A stretch of DNA of 64,000 bases from the NCBI GenBank assembly GCA_965215475.1, contig OZ244061.1:2176619-2240618 (forward strand). Reading direction: 5' to 3'. The notes under the pieces are model-generated. The model worked only from the letters and a program-made list of their open reading frames with translations, made no database searches and was not told where the DNA came from. Origin of the DNA: Rhodothermales bacterium (lineage in GTDB: Bacteria > Bacteroidota > Rhodothermia > Rhodothermales > Bin80). A program made the position numbers and the translations under genes. Positions 20,992-29,886 of the stretch are shown here, piece after piece (within the stretch, counting starts at the first letter, position 1; every line of letters begins with the position of its first letter).

Positions 20992-21334
20992 TGCTGTTGT
21001 TTGCCTTTTTCAGTTCTCTGTTCGACTGACTGAGCTCTTTCTTGAGGCGTTGGACCTCCTCGTCCTTAGCCGTCAGCTCCTTGCCAGCTTGCGTCGCACC
21101 AAACCGTGTGCCTTTTGAGTGCTGATGTCGCCACTGCGTCAGATGAGAGGAATACAAGCCCTCCCTGCGCAAAAGAGCCCCTACATCCTCGCGCGTCTCA
21201 CAGCGATCGGCTGCCTCCAGAATCCGCAGCTTATAGCTCGCACTAAACCAGCGTCGCTTGGCTCTGGGGATCCCCTCCGTTGATGGAGACTTGTGCCCCT
21301 CATCTTTGGAGTTCAAAGAATCATTCTTTTTCAT
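20927..21334 (-). CDS. IS3 transposase OrfA (HTH + leucine-zipper-like)
   Basis: KRRWFSASYKLRILEAADRC...GALLRREGLYSSHLTQWRHQ and a coiled-coil tail EEVQRLKKELSQSNRELKKAN; intact 135-aa ORF. Confidence 0.8.
   Translation of the reverse strand: MKKNDSLNSKDEGHKSPSTEGIPRAKRRWFSASYKLRILEAADRCETREDVGALLRREGLYSSHLTQWRHQHSKGTRFGATQAGKELTAKDEEVQRLKKELSQSNRELKKANNSIEIQKKSQCCFPKAARTRTPS
20962..20998 (-). promoter_or_regulatory. IS3 programmed -1 frameshift region: A8 slippery run inside a perfect 15-bp hairpin
   Basis: The plus strand reads aacagcattgagatt-ttttttg-aatctcaatgctgtt, so the arms are exact reverse complements. On the mRNA the A-run lies at the orfA/orfB frame junction (…SIEIQKK / NLNAVF…). 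Confidence 0.6.
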
Positions 21335-21518
21335 GACAATAAAAGATGGTTAGGTAAATGAAGGCCCTCGAAAAACAAGAAAAAATCGAAATCCAAGTGT
21401 GTCATCTTTTATTGGCACAGAGGGGTCATTGAACCTTTAAAGTCAACTCTTTTGAGGTTTGTTCAGCGTAGATAGGGCACGCGAAAAAACGTCTAAGATC
21501 AAATATTTTTCGTCAACC

Positions 21519-23906
21519 CTATGGTCGAATGTGTTCTTCAAAAAGTTTGAGGATTCGACGATACTCATCGGTCCAGCTTGAAGGCTCCTGGAATCCATGC
21601 CCCTCAATGGGATAGAGGGCAATCTCCCAGTTTTCCTTGCCCAACTCAATCAGGCGCTGGCCAAGTCGGACAATATCCTGAAATTGCACATTCAGGTCAA
21701 TCATGCCGTGCGGCATGAGTAACGGGTCTTCTAATCCTTCCGCAAAGTTGATCGGTGAACTGCGGGCGAACGCCAAAGAGTCCGTTGCCGGGGTATTCAA
21801 GATGTTGGAAGTATACGCGTGATTGTAATGGGCCCAGTCGGTTACACTCCTCAGAGCCGCCCCAGCACCAAAGTGCTCTGGTTCCGTGAATAGGGCCATC
21901 AATGTGATGAACCCGCCGTAAGAGCCTCCATAGATCCCAATATGGTCTGGGCCAATGTCATAAGTTTCTGTGATATACCGCGATGCATCCACATAGTCCT
22001 GTAGATCCCGTCCTCCCATATGGCGGTAAATTGCTGTACGCCAGTCCCGGCCATACCCCGCAGAGGCCCGAAAATCAACTTGCATAACGACATAGCCAAG
22101 ATCTGCCAAGAGGTTGTGGAACATATATTCGCGGTAGTAACTCGACCACCCATCGTGGACATTCTGCATGTAACCGGCCCCGTGCACAAAGAGGACTGCA
22201 GCCCCATTCGGTTCAACGGGTTCAAAGACATGAGCGGGGACCATGATCCCATCAGATGCCTCGAAGAGACGCGTTTGCGGTGTGCGCCATGGATATGCAA
22301 GCCAGGATTCGGTCTGTGAGTGGGTGATTCGGGAAGCTTCCTCCATAAGACTCTGCACAAACACTTCAGGCGGGCGCGTCTGAAGAGAATTCAGAATGCC
22401 CAATGTATTTCCATCTGGTGCGATCACCGTGGTATTTCGCCCAGGCAAGGTTGTCAGTCGCTCCCGTTCTCCACCTGTGATCGGCATTTGATAAAAATGA
22501 CGTATAGACGGCGAGCCCTCACTGCTGGTAAAAAACCATGTTTGTCCGTCCTGAGAAAGTTGAGGGTCAAAAATCTCGAACGGGCCATCGGTAAGTTGAT
22601 TTATCTTGCGAGTTTCAACATGGACGGTATACAGATGACTGTAGCCACTAGCTTCACTCTGGAAATAATAGTGCTGGTTATCGGGAAGCCATCCACCAGC
22701 ACTTCCTCCTCCGAACCAGGAAATGCCTGGGCCTGCAATCCAGGCCTCATCATGTTGTCGATCCAAGAGGTTCAGTGTGCCGGTTTCGGGGTCCAGGCGA
22801 ACGATCCAGCGGTCCTTGTTATCATCTGCCCGCACGTCCAGGACTGCATATTTACCATCTGCGCTCCAGAACGGGCCGTAGCTGAAGAGTGCCCGCTTGG
22901 ATTTGGATGAATCGATCTCCACTCCTTCCTCACGCATATATTCTGGCACGTCATAAGCCCCATCTAGTTGATGCAGATCAATTTGATACGTGGTATCGCG
23001 TGCCAAATCCTGTAGGTAAAGATTTCGATTTTGAGGTACTCGGCCAACTTTGACTCTTGCCGTAAGGACTTCCGTATATCCACTTTCGGTTACCCAGTCT
23101 AGTGCCTGTGTGCGCTTATCGGATTCAGAGCGAGCGGAGGTGACAAAAGAGACGTAGCGCTCGGTTGGATCCAATTGAAGTTGAGAGAGTGAGTTTGATC
23201 CCGCATACCATGTTGGTGGAGGATCAATCGAGTTCTCATCCCTTTCTTGAGCAGCAATACGGAGGTCTTCTTCCGTTTGCTGGTCACGGATGATCTTGAA
23301 GAGCTCGGACTGTTGTGCTTCAAGGAAAACATCCTGCTCATCGGGGTTTGATTCACTGGGGGTACGTCCATCTCTGAGGTCGGTGAGCTGGGTCAGTGCG
23401 CCGGAACGAAGAAAAAGCTTAAACAGGTTATCATCACGCTCGAAAATGATTGCATCCCCTGCAAGTGAAAACCGGGGTGAAGTTTCCGCATCACGTGTTT
23501 GGGTAAGGCGCGTTTGGATTCCAGTCTCGCGCTCGAAAAGATAGAGGTCTCCCCCTCGGGCATAGACTTTATGGGAGTGATCGGAATCATATACATGGTT
23601 GGCATGTTGCCAACCATCAAAGACGGGGCCTTGATGGAGCCGTTCCTCTCGTGACACCTTTCGAGGCGTCAGATCATTCCGAGTAATCTTATACAACGAG
23701 TCACTCTCAAATTTCCCCATCGGGTTCCAGTTGAAATAGAGGGTCTGACCCTCTTCACTCCAATAGGGTGTAGAGGGCCAATCCCCGATATAGGTGGCGG
23801 GATCTTGCATGATCGTTGCAACCGAGAGTTGTGATTCCTGGGCAAACGCAGAGAAGTAAAAGAACAGAAGGAATAACGAGGTGCCGACAGATTTGAGGGA
23901 ATACAT
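21519..23906 (-). CDS. S9-family serine peptidase (prolyl oligopeptidase / DPP-IV-like, beta-propeller + alpha/beta hydrolase)
   Basis: 795 aa, signal peptide, long propeller region, catalytic GIYGGSYGGFITL (GxSxGG) and the C-terminal acid/His region (HGMIDLNV...EGHGF). Confidence 0.88.
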   Translation of the reverse strand: MYSLKSVGTSLFLLFFYFSAFAQESQLSVATIMQDPATYIGDWPSTPYWSEEGQTLYFNWNPMGKFESDSLYKITRNDLTPRKVSREERLHQGPVFDGWQHANHVYDSDHSHKVYARGGDLYLFERETGIQTRLTQTRDAETSPRFSLAGDAIIFERDDNLFKLFLRSGALTQLTDLRDGRTPSESNPDEQDVFLEAQQSELFKIIRDQQTEEDLRIAAQERDENSIDPPPTWYAGSNSLSQLQLDPTERYVSFVTSARSESDKRTQALDWVTESGYTEVLTARVKVGRVPQNRNLYLQDLARDTTYQIDLHQLDGAYDVPEYMREEGVEIDSSKSKRALFSYGPFWSADGKYAVLDVRADDNKDRWIVRLDPETGTLNLLDRQHDEAWIAGPGISWFGGGSAGGWLPDNQHYYFQSEASGYSHLYTVHVETRKINQLTDGPFEIFDPQLSQDGQTWFFTSSEGSPSIRHFYQMPITGGERERLTTLPGRNTTVIAPDGNTLGILNSLQTRPPEVFVQSLMEEASRITHSQTESWLAYPWRTPQTRLFEASDGIMVPAHVFEPVEPNGAAVLFVHGAGYMQNVHDGWSSYYREYMFHNLLADLGYVVMQVDFRASAGYGRDWRTAIYRHMGGRDLQDYVDASRYITETYDIGPDHIGIYGGSYGGFITLMALFTEPEHFGAGAALRSVTDWAHYNHAYTSNILNTPATDSLAFARSSPINFAEGLEDPLLMPHGMIDLNVQFQDIVRLGQRLIELGKENWEIALYPIEGHGFQEPSSWTDEYRRILKLFEEHIRP

Positions 23907-23907
23907 A

Positions 23908-26900
23908 TCAAAGGTTGAGGTTAAGTGTATCTAAAGCACAGAGAGCGTTTACCAATCGAATTTGATCGGCCGTTTTGCAGTTTGACGCCAAGAGACGCGG
24001 CGAGGCAAAGATCAGGCTTAGCGCTTTTCCACGGCTCAAGGCTACATTAATACGGTTTCGGGAAAGCAAAAACCCCATTCCCCGAGGAGTATCGTCTGCG
24101 GATGTTGAGGTCATAGAGACCAGGGCTACGGCCGCTTCTTGGCCCTGGAATTTGTCAACGGTTCCCACTCTGATATCATCTGGAAGTAATTCACGTAGCA
24201 TATTTACCTGTGCATTGAAGGGGGCTACAACAATAATATCTTCGGGCTTAATTTGCCGGATTTCCTGGTGACGATCTCTCCATGAGCCCTCCAGTAAACG
24301 TTGAATGACAGATTGGATGGCGTGGCCTTCTTCTTCACAGTGCTGCATGCGAGGTTCCTCATGGTCGACTGGAACATGATAAGCCCCCGCTTCTGGGAAA
24401 GGAGAGACAAGAATCGCCTGATAGGCAGTGGCTGGATTCGCATACACACGTCCCTCATAGAACTGCTCAGAAATGTACGTACATAGTTTGGGATGCATGC
24501 GCCAAGTCTCTCCAAGAAAAAGTCCTTTATCCGATTCAACGAGGCGGCGATCCCCAAGCATCCATTCTAGGCAGGACAGGTTGGCTGGTTCGGGATGGCT
24601 AGCCTGAATTACTTGTGGAAGCTGACAAGGATCTCCAATCATAACAACATTCTTGGCACACATGGACATCCCAAAAAGGTTGGCCAAAGAGACTTGACCA
24701 GCTTCATCAATAAAGAGGTAGTCAAAATGGTCGGTCATATCCTCTCGGCAAAAAAGCCATGCCGTTCCACCCACAATACCTGCGTTGAAAAGATCAAAAC
24801 TATCACTGGAGGTGGTAACTGGATAGGGAGGCCTGGACGTCATTTTGGTTCGACTGGAAATCTTGTGGATGATCGTCGGCACTGGAGGATCTTCTTCTGC
24901 AGCATTGGCACAGGCGGTCAATACATTCCGAATCGCTTCGTGGCTATTGGAGGATACGGCAACACGATACCCTTGACGAACGAGTGACAGAATCGCTCTT
25001 GCAGAAACATAGGTTTTTCCCGTTCCAGGGGGACCCTGAACCATAAGCACACTAGATTGCATCCCACTCACGGTCTGCTGCATCCGAGTTATGGATGGAA
25101 GAGTTTCCCTACTCAAAACAGAGGGATCCCTTAAACGAGGAGGATTCCGATCAAGGAGGTCAATCACAGCTGGAGGTATATTTCCGGAGCAGATCTGTTC
25201 GATTAAGCGGAGAATCGCACGTTCAATCACCTCTGTCCGGATTGCAAAGGAGGGTAGCAGATCCAATGTATTCATCAGATATTCCGATGACCGTACCCCG
25301 ATCCTCAGAGTCACTTCCCGCTTCTTTATATCCAGGTCTTGGATTGTGACCGTTTTGATGGTGTCATCCACTGCAATGCAGGCATCTTTCTGTGCAGACA
25401 ATTTCGTGAACTGTGGAGGGAAAGAATAGATACCTTCCACGGATCGATCTACAGGATATCGGTTTTTGACATGCAAACCGGCCAGGCAATCCGTGTCTTC
25501 GATCAGATCTTCAAAGGATTTCTTCGACGCATCAAAGACCGCCCATGCTTGGGGCTTTTTTTCTCGGTAGTGAAAGAGCCCCAAATTAATAAGATTTTTT
25601 TTCAATTGATTATGCAAGGAAGAATCAAAGATTTTTTCTTTGAACTCTTCGTTGTTCAGGGCTTGTTGAAGTGATCGTTCATTTTGGGCGATCCCTAATT
25701 CTGCCGGTGCAGATTGGGTAAGTCCAGTACGTAGAGAAAGGAGCCAATCACGGAGTTTCTCTGTAGACTCACAATCCACTTGATTATAATGCTCCAGTTC
25801 CGCGAGATCTTTAGCAGCGGTTGGATCTCCTGCATCCTGCTTCAGGCGCCAGTTGTTGTATGCGATAATAGATCCGGATGCCGTCGTCACGCTCCCCGTA
25901 CGAGACTCCATATAGAAAGCTTCAAGGCTTTTGAGGGAATAATTTTCTTCAGATGCAAAAATACCTCCACGTACAACGGCGTAGAGGTCAACAAATCTCT
26001 TTTCCCGCTGCCAGCCGTCGAGCATCTCTTCCCCAAAGCTGTACTTGATGGTCAGACGGCGGAGTGCCGTCATTTCATAGGGAGCATAGTGGTAGATACG
26101 TGCGTTGGGGAATTCCTCAATTTGCTGCCGAAAAAAGTCAAAGAGCTCTCTAAGTTTCTGATGTTCTTCAGAGTGATTGTGGGCCCAGAGAGCTTTGAAT
26201 TGATCGCGGAACCAGATCCCGTGTAAATATTCGAGACCCTCTTCTCCATTTTCACGATAATGTGGGTTGCCTTCAATATCGTAGAATAGATCTCCTGGGT
26301 CAGGCTCGGGTAGCAGGTCAAATCCCTTCCCCTTGACGTGAGGTCTCAAGAGAGAAGTAGGGCCACTACCCTTTCGTCGTCCTACCTGTAGTCGTGCCTG
26401 TGTATGAAGGTTCACCAGAGTTTGAGGAGCCATCTTGGGAACCATGTCATATTTTTCGACCCCCGCCAATGCCTCCATCGTTGTGATGCCTGCCTCTTCT
26501 AAACGTGTTACCTGTTGTCCACGGATCCCGGCAACCAGATAAAGGCTATCCTCCCTCTCCCATTCAGCATTGCATCGATCACGCCACCTACACAAGTCAC
26601 ATTCGGAGCATCGTCTAGGGATTGTGGTTTCGGGATTCTCTACAAAATGTGTCAACCGTTCCCTTAACTGACGTACATAATCCGTATACTCGCTCAGCCT
26701 GTGAGTGGATCGGTTGCCTCCCCCAAGTTGCAAGTGACCATATTCAGGTTGAAGTCCTTGGATATGTCCCAGCAAATCAGAATAGATGACTAGTTGCAAG
26801 ATATGCTTGGGGGCGGGGGTGCGTTTCAGCTTCGTATCAACAACTTCATAGGAGTAACTCCCTAAAGAAGACGGCTTTTTAACCCGCTCCAAAAAATCCA

Positions 26901-27255
26901 CATAGCCCCGCCAATTTTGGTGCTGGAGTGTTGCTTGGTAGATCACATCTACGCCGCTATGGAGCGCGGCGACCGTTTGTTGAACTGCATCGGGTCCCCG
27001 CTCAATGGATACTACCGTTTTGCCTGCATTCCTGAGTAAGTTCAGGTAAGACTGTTCATGTTCATCCCCTAACTGACTGAGGAGTTCGAGATCCTGGGAA
27101 TTGGGGGTGACCTCAAGGTTCTCTCCATGTGCCTTTCTCAGATCCAGATGAGAAATATGCTTGCATGCGGAAAATCGTTGAAGATCCGATGCGTGGAGTT
27201 GTAGGGTGCCGTCTGAAGCCAGGTTCATGAATTTGGTATGATGGCCATGTTGCAA
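23908..27255 (-). CDS. RecB/Cas4-like PD-(D/E)XK nuclease + RNase H-like domain + SF1B (Dna2/Upf1-like) helicase fusion (TM0106-type)
   Basis: N-terminus: LHASDLQRFSACKH, YEVVDTKLK, CSECDLCRWRDRC (Cx2Cx5C cluster). Middle: FYDIEGNP...YHYAPYE (RNase H-like exonuclease fold as in TM0106-family proteins). C-terminus: Walker A VQGPPGTGKTY, FIDEAGQ, GDPCQLPQV, VDKFQGQE, NVALSRGK. The ORF begins with TTG at 27255; the first ATG is at 27228. Confidence 0.8.
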   Translation of the reverse strand: MQHGHHTKFMNLASDGTLQLHASDLQRFSACKHISHLDLRKAHGENLEVTPNSQDLELLSQLGDEHEQSYLNLLRNAGKTVVSIERGPDAVQQTVAALHSGVDVIYQATLQHQNWRGYVDFLERVKKPSSLGSYSYEVVDTKLKRTPAPKHILQLVIYSDLLGHIQGLQPEYGHLQLGGGNRSTHRLSEYTDYVRQLRERLTHFVENPETTIPRRCSECDLCRWRDRCNAEWEREDSLYLVAGIRGQQVTRLEEAGITTMEALAGVEKYDMVPKMAPQTLVNLHTQARLQVGRRKGSGPTSLLRPHVKGKGFDLLPEPDPGDLFYDIEGNPHYRENGEEGLEYLHGIWFRDQFKALWAHNHSEEHQKLRELFDFFRQQIEEFPNARIYHYAPYEMTALRRLTIKYSFGEEMLDGWQREKRFVDLYAVVRGGIFASEENYSLKSLEAFYMESRTGSVTTASGSIIAYNNWRLKQDAGDPTAAKDLAELEHYNQVDCESTEKLRDWLLSLRTGLTQSAPAELGIAQNERSLQQALNNEEFKEKIFDSSLHNQLKKNLINLGLFHYREKKPQAWAVFDASKKSFEDLIEDTDCLAGLHVKNRYPVDRSVEGIYSFPPQFTKLSAQKDACIAVDDTIKTVTIQDLDIKKREVTLRIGVRSSEYLMNTLDLLPSFAIRTEVIERAILRLIEQICSGNIPPAVIDLLDRNPPRLRDPSVLSRETLPSITRMQQTVSGMQSSVLMVQGPPGTGKTYVSARAILSLVRQGYRVAVSSNSHEAIRNVLTACANAAEEDPPVPTIIHKISSRTKMTSRPPYPVTTSSDSFDLFNAGIVGGTAWLFCREDMTDHFDYLFIDEAGQVSLANLFGMSMCAKNVVMIGDPCQLPQVIQASHPEPANLSCLEWMLGDRRLVESDKGLFLGETWRMHPKLCTYISEQFYEGRVYANPATAYQAILVSPFPEAGAYHVPVDHEEPRMQHCEEEGHAIQSVIQRLLEGSWRDRHQEIRQIKPEDIIVVAPFNAQVNMLRELLPDDIRVGTVDKFQGQEAAVALVSMTSTSADDTPRGMGFLLSRNRINVALSRGKALSLIFASPRLLASNCKTADQIRLVNALCALDTLNLNL

Positions 27256-27358
27256 AGTTACTGCCGTGTCCTTAATTTGTCGAAATCTACGGGATCAAGG
27301 GGACTCGATGATAAATTACCCGTATGGTAAGTATAAGTTAACCACTAATTTTTGTCTC

Positions 27359-28492
27359 ATGCGCAGGGTTTCATTAGTATTGATCATTGTTCTGGTGTTT
27401 ACGGCGACACATTTTTATTGGTCGGATGACCATCTTCCGTTAGAAAAAATTGTTTTGCCGGAAGGGTTTACGATTGAGGTGTACGCGGACAGCGTACCGA
27501 ATGCCCGACAAATGGCACTCTCGCCAAGTGGGGTACTGTACGTTGGTTCGCGTCAACATGGCAGTGTCCATGCCGTCGTGGATTCTGATGGTGACCTGCA
27601 CGCAGAGGAGTTGTTTCTAATTGCAGAAGATCTTGAGTTACCGACGGGATTAGCGTATCGAGACGGCTCGCTATATGTTGCTGCAGTCAGTCGCATTCTT
27701 CGCTATGATGATATTGACTCTCGGCTTCAGGATCCGCCAGAACCGGTTGTCATCGTGGACGATTTGCCAACGGAACGGCACCATGGATGGAAGTTTATCG
27801 CCTTCGGCCCAGATGGAAAGCTGTATGTGCCCGTAGGTGCTCCGTGCAATGTCTGTGAAGAGCCAGATCCTTTTGCTACGGTTCTGCGCATGAATGCAGA
27901 TGGGTCAGAAAGAGAAGTGTATGCACGGGGCATCCGGAATACGGTTGGGTTTGACTGGCATCCTGTGACGGGAGAGCTTTGGATTACAGATAACGGAAGT
28001 GACAATATCAGCCCGGATCCGGCCATCACAGATAATTTACCTTCCTGTGAATTGAATTACGCGCCAGAGCCTGGGCTGCATTTTGGGTATCCCTATTATC
28101 ACCAAGGAGATACCCCGGATCCTGAGTTTGGGGAAGGGCGCACGGAAGATGAGTTTATCCCACCTGTGATATTACTCGGTCCACATGTAGCCCCTTTAGG
28201 AATTGATTTCTATACGGGTTCGATGTTCCCAGAAGAGTATATGAATCAGGCGTTTATTGCCGAGCATGGATCATGGAATCGTAGGGAGAAAATTGGTTAT
28301 CGCATTAAACTGGTTCACTTTGATGAGGCTGGGATGGCTACAGGGCAGGAGGTTTTTGCAGAGGGTTGGTTGGATGGACAGGTTGATTGGGGTCGGCCCG
28401 TAGATGTTGAAACCCTTCCCGATGGATCGATTCTTATCAGCGACGATAAGGCGAATGCAATATACCGAGTCTCCTATTCGGATGACGAATGA
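27359..28492 (+). CDS. PQQ-dependent sugar (sorbosone/glucose-type) dehydrogenase family, membrane-anchored/secreted
   Basis: N-terminal TM MRRVSLVLIIVLVF, then GFTIEVYADSVPNARQMALSPSGVLYVGS..., HGWKFIAFGPDGKLYVPVGAPCN, RNTVGFDWHPVTGELWITDNG; a beta-propeller soluble aldose dehydrogenase-like pattern. Confidence 0.7.
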   Translation: MRRVSLVLIIVLVFTATHFYWSDDHLPLEKIVLPEGFTIEVYADSVPNARQMALSPSGVLYVGSRQHGSVHAVVDSDGDLHAEELFLIAEDLELPTGLAYRDGSLYVAAVSRILRYDDIDSRLQDPPEPVVIVDDLPTERHHGWKFIAFGPDGKLYVPVGAPCNVCEEPDPFATVLRMNADGSEREVYARGIRNTVGFDWHPVTGELWITDNGSDNISPDPAITDNLPSCELNYAPEPGLHFGYPYYHQGDTPDPEFGEGRTEDEFIPPVILLGPHVAPLGIDFYTGSMFPEEYMNQAFIAEHGSWNRREKIGYRIKLVHFDEAGMATGQEVFAEGWLDGQVDWGRPVDVETLPDGSILISDDKANAIYRVSYSDDE

Positions 28493-28764
28493 ATACGTTT
28501 GGGCATGAGTATCGGAGTGTCATTTTATTTCGGCAAAAGACACACCGTGCATGTGTAAAAAGATTATAATCTTCTCTAAGGCGTTTTCCAGAGATTTTCC
28601 GGGAAGCGGGGGTCTGCTGAGTTCCCCACGTTTTTGAGCGAGTCAAGATCATTATTGGATGTGGACATTTTCAAACGGAGGGCGATGGGGGGATTCGTGA
28701 TGTTGGAGATGGAAGAGATTCAAGGGTTTACATTTCTACTCAAGACTTCTAATTCCATCCTCCA

Positions 28765-29259
28765 ATGAGCCAGAACTCTGATCTGAAACGTGCTTATCTC
28801 CGTCATTCGAATCACCAACTGGCGGAGATCCTGTTTCACTCACCGTACATACAGGTATCGGGCAAAACTCTGGTGCCACAGAATACGCCGCGCGTACCTC
28901 AAGGACTAGAAGAAGAGCGTAAAGCATACACGCACGGTCAGATGAAAAAAGAATTGATTGATCGTTTGGGTTCACCTACTGTTGCTGACAGGATGATCCT
29001 CTCGGCCGGTTATGCACATTTGCATTATTGCCGCGGAATATATCAGGTACGAGCTGCCAAGGACGATCAAACACAGATATTTGAAACCGATCCACGCGAA
29101 GGAGTCCCGGTATCCCTTGCAAAAAAATACGCCGCAGAACTGATTGAGAAGGGAAAGGAGAATGAGAGGTGGACCATTTCGGTCCTATTGGAAGATGAGG
29201 ACGAAGAAATATATATTGCGAACCTGCTTGATCTCACGAAGGCAGTCCGGCGAGGGTAA
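28765..29259 (+). CDS. hypothetical protein (164 aa)
   Basis: Isolated clean ORF; no motif recognised. Confidence 0.45.
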   Translation: MSQNSDLKRAYLRHSNHQLAEILFHSPYIQVSGKTLVPQNTPRVPQGLEEERKAYTHGQMKKELIDRLGSPTVADRMILSAGYAHLHYCRGIYQVRAAKDDQTQIFETDPREGVPVSLAKKYAAELIEKGKENERWTISVLLEDEDEEIYIANLLDLTKAVRRG

Positions 29260-29323
29260 AGATTACGCGTTTGCGATCAAAGAGAAATGAACCTCAAACT
29301 GTCGAATGTGTTTTTGATTTTCA

Positions 29324-29536
29324 TCACCCCTCATGATTCGCGGCAATGGTTTCCAGGTCTTCAACTCTGCGTTTAAGGGAGCTCACTTCATGTTCTGTTG
29401 CGTCAAGACGAGTGATGAACTCATCCAGTTCCACCTTGTTACCCTGTCGGACTTTCCCATCCAAGTAGGTCCAAAGTACGACTAGTCCTACGAGGGCAAT
29501 TACGACGAGCGCACCAGAAATGAGAGGAAGAATCAT
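29324..29536 (-). CDS. small single-TM coiled-coil protein, PspB-like (paralog 2)
   Basis: 70 aa: an N-terminal TM helix, then LDEFITRLDATEHEVSSLKRRVEDLETI, resembling the PspB pattern (TM + RxxxLExI). Its ATG overlaps the upstream paralog's TGA (ATGA at 29533-29536). Confidence 0.5.
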   Translation of the reverse strand: MILPLISGALVVIALVGLVVLWTYLDGKVRQGNKVELDEFITRLDATEHEVSSLKRRVEDLETIAANHEG

Positions 29537-29820
29537 ATTTGTTTTGCCTTGGCTCTTTGTGCGATCATCTCAGAAGCTTCTAGGTTCACGGTTTCCTTGT
29601 TGGAAGGATCTTCAAGTAACCGGGAGACTACAATGGATTCGAGATTTTCGATGCGCCGATTTGCTGCTTCCAGTGCATCTTCTGTTTCATTTAACCGTGC
29701 GACATATTCATCCGAGAGCGGCGCCTGCATTCGGGCCTTCTTGTATTTTATCCATTTTTCAAAGGCTGCATAAGAAAAAGAAGCAAGAATAGCGATGACC
29801 GGAACGATGACCCAAATCAT
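29533..29820 (-). CDS. small single-TM coiled-coil protein, PspB-like (paralog 1)
   Basis: 95 aa: an N-terminal TM helix, then LSDEYVARLNETEDALEAANRRIENLESIV. Confidence 0.5.
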   Translation of the reverse strand: MIWVIVPVIAILASFSYAAFEKWIKYKKARMQAPLSDEYVARLNETEDALEAANRRIENLESIVVSRLLEDPSNKETVNLEASEMIAQRAKAKQI

Positions 29821-29886
29821 GATTTATGGAAAAACTATTTTCAGTAACAGATCGTAAAGGATACTCCGTTTTGAGTGTGTAGTTGC

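Larger units (their letters stand above)
19849..21419 (-). mobile_element. IS3-family insertion sequence, decayed (orfA open, orfB broken)
   Basis: Imperfect terminal inverted repeats read directly: the left end is TGTGTCAATAAAAATGACACA (19849-), and the reverse complement of the right end is TGTGCCAATAAAAGATGACACA (-21419). The TG...CA termini, orfA/orfB layout and A-run frameshift site are typical of IS3. Confidence 0.85.

Noticed and set aside
19846-21423. Target-site duplication flanking the IS3 element.
   Set aside because: The flanks read ...ccgggg|IS|gagggg.... The 3-bp candidates (ggg versus gag) are not identical, so no TSD can be asserted.
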